Below, piece after piece: positions 15,402-29,300 of a DNA stretch of 64,000 nucleotides; the stretch's first letter is position 1; every line of letters begins with the position of its first letter. A program made the translations under genes and the position numbers. The notes beneath the pieces are model-generated. The model was not told the origin of the DNA and did no database searches. It was given only the letters and a program-made list of their open reading frames with translations. The stretch comes from Chrysomallon squamiferum (lineage: Eukaryota > Animalia > Mollusca): NCBI GenBank assembly GCA_012295275.1, contig CM022666.1:6262001-6326000 (forward strand), in the 5' to 3' direction.

Positions 15402-15881
15402 GTTGGTCAATATAAAATAAAAAGTGATTTTAACAAACGATCTTCACATTTTTGCATCCTCTTCACAAAATTACTTCCTGGTTTAGGATATTTTTATTCT
15501 GTCACGTGATTTTTGTTATCTCTTTTTTTCCTTCATTGGACTACATACCTAACGAATATCAAGAGAAAATAAAGAGAATTAATTTGTCAAAAAATGTTCT
15601 TTGAGAACAACAAAAATACAATCACTGTCAGTGAAGTGAATAAATTTGATAGTTATCTTTAAGTTTATCATTGCAACTGAACACATGATATTTCGAACTA
15701 CAATTTTAATTAAATACTTATAAATGATATATGATATAAATAAGAACTAATATATTAGTTCTTGATTATAACATTTATAACAATTTACGCTATGATGGTT
15801 AATTATTTTTAAATTCAGCTTTCTGTTCTTATTCATTATTTTTATTATCATTTTTGTAGTTAAATATTGTTGTTATTTTTC

Positions 15882-15964
<83 letters not shown>

Positions 15965-16080
15965 TTCACTGACTTGCAGTGTAAAGTTACATAATAAAAT
16001 TAAATTCGAGTTCATGTAATTGCTATTGCGAAAACTGTATTTCAACCGTTTTATTTCAGTGCTACGCTTTTCAGTCAACA
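15402..16080. promoter_or_regulatory. Putative bidirectional promoter between shark and RNF7
   Basis: Divergent ATGs 680 bp apart. ETS-like ACTTCCTG at ~15474, E-box GTCACGTGAT at 15501-15510, perfect 22-bp palindrome at 15742-15763, (TTG)n(TTA)n tract at ~15880-15962. Confidence 0.6.
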
Positions 16081-17411
16081 ATGGCCGATGAAATGGAAAT
16101 TGAGCAACACGAGAAAGAACATGGTCAAAAACCAGAAAAAATGTTCACACTTAAAAAGTGGAATCTGGTTGCGATGTGGAGCTGGGATGTTGAATGTGAC
16201 ACCTGTGCAATATGTAGAGTACAGGTTATGGGTAACTGAAGTTTTCTGATCGTTAAATGACTATGTTTAACTTTAAAGAATAATAATTCATCAACACGAT
16301 TTCAAGGGATTTGTGGTTTTGTTGTATTAGTAAACTGAACATTGTTTTGGTTTTTAATTTTTAACTTTGCTCTTTTTTTTTAAGAATTCTTATTTTGAAA
16401 ATATTCGAATCAAAGATGACTCATGATCATTGTTTATCACGAATTATAGTAATCAAAATAAATCATCTGATTTTGATCATGTTGCTGAGCTCAGAGCTGT
16501 TAACCAATTAGGATACTGCTGTTTCTAAATATGCATGATGTTATTATTCTGCTGACATTGATAATGTCATTTGACAATTATATAAATTATAATATGGCGT
16601 CTGATAGATAAGGTCAATAAATATAATTATTTTCATAGCAGCACAGATGAATTGTAGAACATTCAAAGTAATTGAATTTTTTGACTATCGTTGTTATTTT
16701 CACTTTTTATTATTTTACTTTTGACTATTAAAAATAATTGATATTTTAAAGCTGTATAAAAAAAAAAAATAATTTTATATTTCAATATTTTATAGATGCT
16801 TGTTTGAGATGCCAGTCTGAAAACAAACAAGATGACTGTGTTGGTTAGTAGTATCTATATTCTTCATAAACATTTAAATAACTAAATCATCAAGTAAATG
16901 TATTTAAAAAAAATATAGTAATGTTTTAAACTATGAATATGAAACAATGAAGTTGGGACACAAAATTTAAAAACAGTCCTATTTATTTTTTTAATTCTTT
17001 TTTTTAATTATTAATGTTTTTTCTTTTTCTTTTTTAATTTTTACTTCCTATTTCATTATTATTTCAGTATTAGTGGAAAGTGGATTAATCATGAGAACAT
17101 ATAATCAATTCTTTAGTTTAACGTTTTTGTTTTTAAATAATTTAGATTATAAATTATTTTGAAAAATAAAGTATAATAAACATTTTGTTTCTTTCAAATA
17201 AATTTGTCTTTTCCTTAGCAAATTTCACTCTTAAAATTGCTAATAACCATGTTTTGTGTTTTTACTGACACTTTACTGATTTCCAATTTTAGTTGTTTGG
17301 GGAGAATGTAATCATTCCTTTCACAACTGCTGCATGTCTCTGTGGGTGAAACAGAACAATCGATGTCCTCTTTGTCAACAAGAATGGGTTGTCCAGCGAA
17401 TTGGAAAATAG
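16081..17411 (+). CDS. RNF7: RING-box protein 2 (RNF7/RBX2/SAG/ROC2), 3 exons, 105 aa
   Basis: Exons 16081-16231, 16796-16843, 17293-17411 (GT-AG). Translation: MADEMEIEQHEKEHGQKPEKMFTLKKWNLVAMWSWDVECDTCAICRVQVMDACLRCQSENKQDDCVVVWGECNHSFHNCCMSLWVKQNNRCPLCQQEWVVQRIGK. This has the RING-H2 and the RBX2-specific WSWDVECDTCAICRVQVMDACLRCQ segment. Confidence 0.97.
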
Positions 17412-19757
17412 CCTTAAAGATCTCCTCACTTTATCATTTCCATTCTCCAAAATGCCATCAGCTTCCAGGGAATTGATGGAGAAATGCTATAAATGAAATT
17501 TCAAGGGGATTTTCTCTTTCAGTATGATATTAATGGCAGCATAAAAGTGGAGCGATTTCAGATGGTGAAAGAAAACTCAGTGATTAAATGTTAGACAAGT
17601 CATCTTATAAAAAAAACCCAGAGCAACAACTAAGGCACCAAAGTTTTTACTCGAGTTTAAATACAGATCTTGATGATATTGCAACACCTCAGGGTATTTT
17701 GGTGTCTACAGTATTTTGTAAAAATAGAATAATACAAGAGAAGAAACCTGATGTCTCCATGCAGTGATATTCTCTAAATAATTAGCAGCAGGGAATTTTT
17801 TTTATTTTTTTTTTAAAGCAATGTCCTTGAAACAGCAAAGTGAGGCCTTTAAATCAGGTTATTGTGCCAGATGTGCAGTACTCGCTAGAATGGGAAAATA
17901 GCCTAATGAGAACAGCAACAAAAAGTGATACAGCAAATCTTCAGTTAGTTTTCTACCATGAGCTGTATACATATAACTGAGCTTTTCTTTTCTTTTCTTT
18001 TTTTAATTAAACCCTGTAAATATGGTGTGTAATTTGATATGTCAATATGTTTATTTATTTATAATTTTTTTTTTTTTTTTTTTTACTTTAAGGTAATAGG
18101 TGTATAAAACATTTGGTTGCAAAAGATTTAAATCTAAAATATATTTTTTTAAAGTAATGTTTTAAGTGTACAGAATAATTATGATCTGAAGACTACAAAA
18201 GTTTCATTTCATTTTGAAAAGTGTCTATGAAGTATGATATTTAGCAAAATGTATAGCAAAATTTTCTTTACAATATTCCTTAAAACTGATTGTTGAAAGT
18301 AAACTGATAATTCAAAAATATAAAAAATGTCCATTATGTCTCTACAGTAATGGAAAATGACAAAAGGAGAAAAAAGTTAATGAAGCATGTTAGTTTTGTC
18401 AGTTTTATTAGTTATCCTAAATTTTATTGAGCTTATTCTTGAAATAAATTTTGAAATAAGGAAACATTTTTTTTAATTTATTTTTGTTATTTTAGGTTTT
18501 TTGTTTCTTAAGAGATAAAATCTTCTGAATCAAACTGTAGAAAAAAAAGAAATCAGACTTTCAGTTTGTGCAATAAATGAATTTAAACATTTTTCACATT
18601 TGCAATTATTGCCCAAACAAAAATAAATTTTAAAAATTTAATACTAGTCTGTTTTTTATTCATCATTTTTTTTTCTCTCTCTCTCTCTACAGTAATTGTG
18701 GAAAATAAAACCCAGACATTTTAAGTGTGATATATTTTGTAACTGCTAACTTAACCTGTAATTTTATAAATAGCCTTTTTTTAATAATTGTACACATCAG
18801 TAATGTTGGGTAATAATATGGAAAATAAAATTTTGATTTTAAAATTCCAACATGTAAATTCAACCACAGTGGAAAAAAAACTGTGTTCTGCCATATTTTT
18901 GCAATCAGAACCACAACAATAGACAAGTTTCATAAAACAGTTTTATTTTAAAATTGGTTGCATGCACTAATTACATTTTTTAACAGACAAAATATGGTTA
19001 TTTTTTAAAAACGTGCATAATAAAGTAACAGCACTTGTTATTGTATCTGAATATTCAAACTTCAATGCACAACAATTCAATTTTCATACTGAACTGAAAT
19101 AACATAGTTCTTTTTAAACATCTTCTGTTTTCTTCTGAGAATATGCAGTTATGGATAATGATCATATTTTTATTTTGGTTAGGTAATTTTTTAAAAGCTT
19201 CTTGTTACACCAAGTCATCTTCAATTTGTTTGATAAAAGATAGTGACAAATTAACTTTTTATTTTCTTTAAATGTTGAATTTAAAAGTATTTTTTATAGG
19301 AAATTAAATTTAATGATTCATTTTAAGTCAAACGTTTGCTTCCACATAAGGACCTACAATTAGAGATAGTAAAATTAAATAACAAGGAAAATACATTTAT
19401 TTAGCTCCTAAATATACAATATTAATGAGATTAAACAAATAAAATTAAAAATCATACCAATCAGAAAAATGACATACAAGAACTATATGGTCTTTAACCT
19501 TATATATTAAACCATAAACAGCATATTAATGTACCTTGAACGATGTTTTTTCTTCTGGTGTACTGCTAAATAAAATATTTTATTCATCTTCACAATATTT
19601 ATAAAAAAATAAAATAAAAAAAGCTATGAATCAAGAATTTCACATATCTGTTCATGTACATTTTTTAATTTATATAATAACTGTTGTTATCATACTGATA
19701 GCAGAAATACTGATATTCCAGGTTTTTTTTTTTGGTTTTTTTTTAACTCACCATAGT

Positions 19758-19935
19758 TTAAAACTGTCTTTCATTAACTCCTGTCTCAAAGAACATAAAA
19801 TCCTTAAAAAAAAAAAAAAAAAAATTAGAAATTTGTAGATTATTAAACACCAAAATACTGAAACAAAAGAAGAAAAATACTGGGAGTAATCCAAAATCCA
19901 AAAATTTTGTAAACCTATATTTTTTATTATAATGC

Positions 19936-19977
<42 letters not shown>

Positions 19978-22900
19978 TTATCTCTTTTTTCTTCTTACTC
20001 TTTTTTTAAGTTACTGCAGCATATGAATCTATGGGTCATGAAGTGTATGCATATAAGTTATAATGTTATATAGTCAGATGATCTATCAAAGCAAATAAAA
20101 AATAGTCTGCAAGTTTGATCAGGTATTATTATGCCTTGCAATGTAAAACAAGATGTAAATGTCAATCTACAATGATTTATCCTAACTTTTGTTTGTTTTT
20201 GTGGTTTTTTTTTTTTAATGTCAAGTGATGTGAAAGAAAGTTAAAAGGCAGTTTCTTTGAATTTTACTCAGTTTGTTATTTGAAATTACTAATTTATTAG
20301 CAGACATAAGCATCAGATTTATAAAATAAATAAATAAATAAAAAAATAAAAAAATTAAAAAATTAAAAAAGTATCTTAAATTCATCAGTTAGGCTGCAAA
20401 ATATATTTTGGCAACTTGGTTCCATGGCCACTGTACTTGGTAAGTTGACAGTAGATTAATTTTATCTGTTTATATTTTTTTTTTTTAGCTATTTCTTTCA
20501 GATGTACTTTAACATTCCCATCATTTCATTTCAAGCATCTGATTTCAGAGTAAACAGTATATCAAATAAGAACGCAAAATATATTTTGCTGACTTGTTTC
20601 CAACATTACAAGTATATTTTAAATGGACACAAATTTTACTTTATGTAATTAAATATTTTTTTGACTTACAATGAGAAACATGGCTCCCAGCATGACACCT
20701 TTTATTTTCACATCAAGATCCATTGGAAAAGTGACAGCAAAATTATCAGTATCTGTTAAAAGCCTCTTTGAGTATTCCACTCCACTGTTTGCTTATTCGA
20801 CCAACTGTGATAGTACCAGTTCTATCATAAACCTTTAAAAATTATTTCAGAAACATTTACAAGAAGCATGCATGTAATTTCTATTAATTTTGTTTTTGTT
20901 TTTACATGAGAAAAATAAAAAAAAAATCCTAAATATTAAGACTGTTATTATCAAGTGTCGAGAAATTGTTTTTATTTTAATGTGAATAACAATAGTAATA
21001 ACTAATAATAATAAAAAGAATTAAAAAAAAAGAAGAATAAAACATAAAATTATGTTAAAAATTAAAAACAAATAAAAGACTCAAAATAATAAAAAATAAT
21101 ATGTCTCTCACATATACATTAATAGTCATATTTAAAAAATATATATAATAAAAAATTTAATTATTCTAGAATGGTAAATTTCTTAACTAATGAGACATTT
21201 TTTTTCCCACAATAAATTACGAATTTCTGCTTAGTTTTAAACTTAACTAGCACACACCAGACTTCATACATTTCTTTTACCTGAAACTCCACATCTCCAC
21301 AAAAGCTACACTGACAAAAAGGACCCTTAATCTTGAGGACAACTTCTTCATCAGCATTCATTATGTCAAAATGAGGAAAACAGCAAGAACATCTCTGGGC
21401 AACATATCCAATAACTGCCCCAGGTGGAGCCTCCACTGTTAGAATCTGCCATCATATTTTAATAAATTAACATTTCTGATAGACACACAATTTTATGTTA
21501 GTATGGTTTCATCCAACATTAATCTTATGTGAATATGGTTTTATTGAGAAAAAAAAAATGAAAACATTTTTTTAGTTTAATAAGTTTTTGTGTTAAGACA
21601 ATTATATGTTAATGTGGGATTTTTTAAAGACAATTTTATGTCAGCATAATAATAATGTTAATATGGTTTCTGTAACACTGTCTTAAAAGTGAATTTTAGA
21701 AATGCTTCTCAACTTTGTTCTAAAAGAATGCTTAAATGAAGCAAATATTACTATGAATTTGTTTCAATTTTTCTTAAAGAAAAAAATCATGATTATTTGT
21801 TTCTGTTATATTTGTTAATGAGCATGGTCAAGAACTTTTTTTTTTAATAGGATTTGAATTTATCTGGATCTGTAAACAACTTCTGGGAAACTGATTTTTG
21901 AGATTTACCAAAACCCATTGTAAATTTTCAAAAATTAAATTAAAAAATTTGTGCTGGTTGATAATAATTTATTAAAATAATTAATTCAGCATTCTACAAA
22001 TACAAATAATAAATCAACATGTTAATGCAGTGTTCTTCAAAGAAAGATAATTAGGTGGAAATGTTTTTAAATATCAAATTATCAAGTTTTTTATTTTCTT
22101 CCTATCAGACTCTGTACTGTATTTATAGCTGTTTCTAATGAAGAATGTTAAGTGTTTTTGCCCCTATGCAAACCTGCAAACAGCATGGACAGCAAAATAT
22201 TGAACATCTCAGAGGTCTGGATAAATGAAGGACTTCATTTTGTGCATTGTCTATTATTCTGATATCAAATGGCCTGTCTTCACCACAGCAACACCGTGTC
22301 AGGCAGCTGGTATCTGCAGACAACATTAATGTGTATGCTCAGTTTCATGAAAGAAACAGCTACAATACATTCTACACACTTCCATTTAAGGATTATTATT
22401 ATTATTATTTTTATTTTTTTTTTTTTTTTCACTATTTTTTTAAAATTTTTTTTTTTTTTTTTTTATTTTTTTTTCCTCCCATTTTTATTGTCCAAACATT
22501 TAACAAATTTAATTGAAAAGGACATTAAAAACAAATTTATTTTTTTTTTCTGAGGTGTTTATTGTACATGCAGCAGACCATTTTTTTTTTTTTTTTCAGT
22601 CACATTTTTAGGTAAATCATCATTTTACTTTCATACTCTATGAGTGGTGACAGATCAACAAAATCAGTAAAAAAATAACTTGTATAAAGAATTCTATTAC
22701 ACCATATAATACGGTTACCATCAAACACATTTAACTAAAATAACAAAAGTTATAATATGTTTTCCTTACTAAGACAATTTTAAAAAACAAAAAATATTTG
22801 AGATAACCATGGATTTTCTGCATTCTAGAAGTGGATGGACAAAAGACAATCATTTTTATTGATGCATACAAAAACTACATGCACACACTTATACATTACA

Positions 22901-23702
22901 AATACATTATATAGACCACACACATTACACATAATACATAACATAGCAGACACATACATATAAATTGTTAAACTGTCATCGTAACTCTCCAGCATCTAGA
23001 AAGTTTAAGAAATTATTTTTCTTCACTTACCTTCTATGGCATAATATACTTGTTGTCCAACACTGTTTTTAATTACATACTTGTTGTTAGTTTCAAAAGT
23101 AGTAAAGGCTACAAAACAATTCAATATTTTATTGTTGTTGTTATAAGCAATATCAAAAGTTTCAAGCAACGCCTCTGCTACATAATTCTTAGTTTCAGGA
23201 AATAAAAAAAATGAAAAAAATATAAGAAAGTTCTGTCAACTAGTCATTTGGTCATTATGTTGTAAATTAGTTAATTTTTCAACTACAACATGAAGAGAAA
23301 GCCTGTGGCTGGGTGACATTCAGTGATAAATAAATTAATTAATTAATTAAAATGCAAAGTTTAGATTCTATCCTTCTTTATGGCCTTTCTTTACCAATTT
23401 GTCTTGCATGTCTGTCTACAGGAATACAAACCTAAAGTCATCACAATGTTTGGATTCAGTGTTTCTCCAGTGTGTCAGTGTGTCAGCCTTAGTCTCTGTA
23501 ATTGTTTTATGAAAATGTGGTTAGTGCATCATTAAATAAAAACATTTGTTCTTGTTCTTGTTAAATAAAACAGGCCTTAATTCTGTCTTTAAAAACAAGC
23601 AACAAACGTATTATTTACAGGTTTTGGTAATTTCTACTTTAAGGATAAAAATATTTTGATGAAATAAGTATTATAATGTAAAATGTAATCTTAACATAAT
23701 CA

Positions 23703-23734
<32 letters not shown>

Positions 23735-24467
23735 CAAATTTAAAAAAAAAAAAAAAAAAAGTAAATTCAGAGTATTTCAAGTAGTACAAATGTCCTGGTC
23801 TACTGCATTTATTGATAGTTGTATTAAATAAAACTTGAAAATATGCAAGTTAAATGAAACAACACACACACACACACACACACACAAGAAAGAAGAGTTT
23901 GTTTTGAAGTTTTTCAGTTTGAACTGGATAATGGTTTGCACAATTAAATGTATGCCTTGGTAAATGTGAATTTTAAGAAAAAGAAATAATATGCCTTCCA
24001 GCAGCTCTATCTTCTGGGAAATCACCAGCTGGTCTATCTGAGTTAAGTACTCAAGGCCTGGAGGTACTCCATGAGAATGTCCTACACGGGGCATCCATCC
24101 ACCAGGAGCATGTGCTTTTAAAACATATAATGATTACATTTTGTGAAACAATATAAAAAAATTATTAGAAATGTTAATTGTTGCTTCTTTAATTTTTTTT
24201 TTTTTTTTTTTATCAATTTGTTAAAACTGAATTTTGTGTTAATTAATTTTGTTACATATATTTTTTTATCTCTAGTATATTAAAATACCCTGACAGTTGG
24301 ACAAAAGAAGCATAATTTAATAACAAATAAAAATTAATAAGTGACAAAAATAAAAAAATCTCATCCATGTCTTAAAAAACAACTGAAGTAGACATAATAA
24401 ATGCTATTAATTAAATAAAGAGAAAAAAGTGATATTAAAACATACCTTTAAGGTGAGATCCTGGCAT
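19758..24467 (-). CDS. Phospholipid scramblase (PLSCR family) paralogue A, short N-terminus. Carries a +1 frameshift in coding exon 6 (pseudogene, null allele or assembly error); 243 aa if corrected
   Basis: Exons 24467-24446, 24114-23995 (GC donor), 23108-23031, 22313-22174, 21445-21281, 20832-20670 (163 nt versus 162 in the paralogue), 19802-19758. Motifs: [20 protein letters not shown], Cys-rich [50 protein letters not shown]. Confidence 0.9.
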
Positions 24468-24919
24468 CTTTTAACAAAATATATGTAAAGAATACCTAAA
24501 ATAGATTTTAAAGTTAAAATATAAATAAATTTATAATTTTCGTTTGTGTATTTTATTCATTTATTTATTTATTTGTTGTTGTTTGTTTATTTCACTGTTG
24601 TTGTTTGTTTTTTTGTTGTTGTTGTTGGTTTTTTCTTCCTTTCTTTCTGAAAATTAACACTAAAACCAACAAAAACTGGAACAGTAAATCAGTGTAAATT
24701 TAACACATACGTCCGATCAGTCATGTTGGTAATTGCTATTGCTAAAATTTGTGCTTGCCGATGATTCTTAAAGTAAATACAATAATTAGCTTTGATTAAA
24801 TGAGGAATTTAGGAAGTACGTATTTTTATCTGAATGACTTCAGAAGTTAATTCAGATGTTTTCTTATTCAAACAATATTATTTAAAAAGATTTAGCGATT
24901 TATTTTATTTTATTATTTC

Positions 24920-24970
<51 letters not shown>

Positions 24971-25663
24971 TAAAACCATAAATAACTAAATGAACCTAAC
25001 AATGTACGTAGTTAACCGAAAACTGTCTAAAATTATAAATGCTTTATCATTTTCAAATAAAAAGTTTTTAAAACAAATTTTTATCAAAAAAAAGTAATAA
25101 AATAAAATAAAATAACAAAAACTAACAAAAAAAAAAAAAAAAAAAAAAAAAAATGTACGCAACTGTTACTTTTTATCAAAACGGCAAAATTCTGGATGGG
25201 TCGTCAATATATATATACGTTTTAAAAATGATACCAGGTTTTTTGCATATGTTCTTCACTGTTTTAATTTACAATCGATCCACTAATATATTTGTCTCAA
25301 AATTCATAAAAGAGATGACCTCCAAGTGCAATAAATTTTGAACTGTAGAAGAAAGTGGAAAAAACGATAACTGATGCGGACTTAATCATCAAGTGCGTCA
25401 TCACTTCCTTCTAAATTGAACGGGCAATTGCCCCACCTTCGCAGGTTAAAAATAGGTTGAAAATTTTAAATGCAATAAAATAAAAATATATACATAAATT
25501 CCAGAGAAAATAACTATAAAAAGACAATAAAACAGCAACCAAATAATAAAAAAGTTAAAATTTTACATTTTATTTGTCAATTCGGACCAAATAAAAAAAT
25601 CTAAAAACAAAACATGCCCCACAATTTTGTTATTAAACACATCACTCTCCTGTAGTTATCTTT

Positions 25664-25696
<33 letters not shown>

Positions 25697-25731
25697 TTAA
25701 AAGAAATAAAACATCAAAAAAAAAAATATTA

Positions 25732-25768
<37 letters not shown>

Positions 25769-26329
25769 CTCCAGAATAAAATTTGGGCAAGCTAGGTGAT
25801 TTTAGAGAAGACCAGAATACTTTGTTGCAAATTTGTGAATTTTGTAAATAAGCAAAATGGGCATAGGAACGTGTTAAATAAAAATGTCAACGCTGCAAAA
25901 ATTGGTTATTCATTGCCAGTAAATTACTCCAAAATTCCAAAACATAATTCGACCATCTTGATTTTCGACGCTGTAGAAACAGCAGGTGCCCATTGTAATA
26001 ATTGTGCTAGATACAAGTAACTATTTATAAAAAGTGGTTCCTATTGTATAACGTCTTTATTAAAAATCATTAACATTAATTTTATATCACCATGTTTGAT
26101 AAATAACATTTAGTAAAATATTTAATTTTCTTACACGTCATTTTATAAATTATTACAGAAATTGTGAATTTATATATTAAACATTATAAAGCATGGAATG
26201 AAAATGATTTTGAAGAAGAATTCATTACCGTATAAAGAAAAAGTTTAAGTAGGAATCTTGCCAAATACAATTAGTTTGAATAGATATGTAGATATCTTTT
26301 CCCCTTTTCTTCTTTTTCAGGAACTGTTA

Positions 26330-26372
<43 letters not shown>

Positions 26373-29300
26373 TTATTAAAAAATTATAAAAATATAAATA
26401 TACCTGAAATCTTCCTTTCCATAATATTTGTAATGAAATGTTAAACATCTTTTAAAGTCATCAGTAGTATGGCTTTCATTATTATTTATTTATTTTAAAT
26501 TTAATTTTAGTTTTATTAGTATGGCTTGAATTCATGATAGTATTTTGAAAACAGTAACACATTCATTTACATTTACATCTGAAATACAAATAAAAATCAA
26601 AAAACTCTCAAAAAATAAATAATTTTTCTGAAAAGTAATGAATTTTGTTGTTAAGCCTACCTTTGGTTCTGTGCAGAGATTACCTAAGTATGCTTTACAG
26701 TTTACTGTTATATTTGTTAAACTGACCTACCTTTGTTTATTTTGACGTTCTACTGTACCATGTAGAATAATAATGTAGAATAATACTTGGAAAAAATATG
26801 TTGAGAATTATTGCAGTTGCATTTTCCCCTCAAGAGATTTCTTTACATTTTATGTGTATGAATATTTGCATGTGTCTTGTTTTTTGCTGAGAATATCTTA
26901 ATTTTGTACTTCTGAAATAATTTTGACATTTTTCTTCAATGAAATAATTCTTATAAAAATAATAATAATAATAATAAAACTTAAAAAATAAAATAAAATA
27001 TCCTTTATATAACATTAATTTGTAAAATATATGCAAAGTTTGATAAATACTTTTGCAAATGCCTGCCATTAATATTTAATTAATTAAATGAGTATACAAA
27101 TCACAACAAATGAGCAATGTTTGTATATTTATTTTATAATGTGATAAAATATATACATATTCTAAAAGGTTAAAAGAAAAAATAGAAATCACTGATAAAA
27201 TATAACACTGATTATGAATAAAGGTGCTAAATCTATATATAAAAACAAATCAAAAGTGATTGTGTAAATATATATATATATAGATATAAGAGTAAGATAT
27301 ATAAAAAAGAAAGTATAGTGTATGACTAATGACAAAAAATAATATTTCACAGATAGATAATTTGTGTTATCACCAGGATGGAAATAGAAATTATAATAAA
27401 ATTTTAAAATATTAATACCTTTCCATAAACTGTGGATTTTAAAAAACTCAATAAATTCTTAAAAAATATTGATACTGTGTAAAACCATGGTTTGACAGCC
27501 CAAAACAGTTTGATCTAAACCATTTTATACATGTGTATGTGGAATTAAACGTGATATTATTTATTTATTATTTAAAATAAATAAATGATCTATAAGAAAT
27601 AAATAAATAAAATAAAGCATTATTAATGCACTTGGTATTAAAAAAGAATAAAAAGTAACAGTTTTTCATTTTATACATCAAACAGACATAATGAAAAACC
27701 CTTTAGAGCCTTGATTATTCAATTAAAATCCATATTTGTGGTAAGGGTAGGAAAAAAACATACCGATATATTTTATGTTCCAAAACGTGATGTTTTTTTG
27801 TTGGTGTTTTTAAAACAAATACTTTAAAGAGGTTCTTTTCAGTTTCTGCATGCATCAAATTCTACTTAACAAAAATTATGTTTGTAATTGTCATAACTTT
27901 CATTATAGTTTTTGAAAAATGATTATTTAAAATCCACATTAATAATAAAAAAAATAAAATAAAAATTAATTTATAAAATGTGTAAATAAAACTTTGAAAC
28001 ATGAGATGAAAAATGAAAAGAAGGGGATAACGGATAAGTACAAATTAAATTTATATTAAAAATAAAAATTAGATGAATGTATAAATAACCATAGCAATAA
28101 CATTTAAAAGCAGTCAAGCTTTACATATTGCATAACACCAATAATATAAATATTATTAATTTAGTAGTGTTTAAATACATTGATAAAACTGATTAAATCA
28201 AGAGATATTATTACTAAAAAACCATTTACTAAGAGATAAATATTTCTGATAACTTCAGTTATGATATCAGTAATGTTTATTAAATTCAGTCAGAATGTGA
28301 TATCTAATTATAATAATAATGAAAGGTATAAAACATAAACTATAAAACAAGCATATCTATATGGAGAAAAGGGAATGACAAGCATTTCATAGCTTTAGCA
28401 TAAGCATTTATATGATCAAATTAAATTTATATATTGAAAAGAATATAGAGCAGCTTTTCTAAAGGTTTGAAAAAATATATATTAAAAACCAGTAAAAAAT
28501 TAGCAATTTTGAATCATTCACTTTCTCATCGTAAAATATGAATTAGAATTATCATCTTAAAGAAAAGTAACTAATCATCAAATAATTTGTTTTTAAGATA
28601 ATTCTATGTTCTTCAGTTTATGTTAAGCTGCTTCTCCGTTGACCAATTTTCCATTCTGCCATTCTGCTTATAGCACAGATTTGTAAATGTTGTCATTCTA
28701 CTAATAGGAATATTTCAGATTTCTTTGTGGTTCATTTTATAGCACTAAATGAACTGCAGTTAAGTATTTGTTTGTTCTAAACAGTCACAAACAAATATTT
28801 ACAATTATGTTTTTATGTCATTTTATGCTGTTACATTTACACACACTTTAATGTAATGAAGTTTTATTGTATTTGTGTTCATTATAAAAATACATGCATG
28901 GCACTGAGTAACTAATTTTTAACTGACATGCTATTCAATATTTATTTGTTCCAGATAAGAGTCACAAACATAATTATTTACTTTGTTATTATGTCATTTG
29001 TCATTTTTTCTTTTTTTTTTACACACACATAACCTAACATTTAAAATGGTGAATTTTTGTTTTCTTTGGGAAAACTTTTACTGTTAAAAACTTTCAAAAA
29101 TATAATTTTCACTAACATACCAGTATTCACGGGATAAGAAATCACTGTGCACATTATACACATTTACATAAAGAATTAACAGAAACATTCAAATAAATTA
29201 TGATTATGCAAAAATACATGTACATTAAATACATGAAAATCCAAATATAAATTAACAATAATTATGCTCTAGCCATGTCTTGGTGAAGCAAAAGAATATT

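Noticed and set aside
20750-20766. Programmed ribosomal frameshift in scramblase A
   Set aside because: No recognisable stimulatory signal, the paralogue is in frame, and a single-base error or mutation is simpler.
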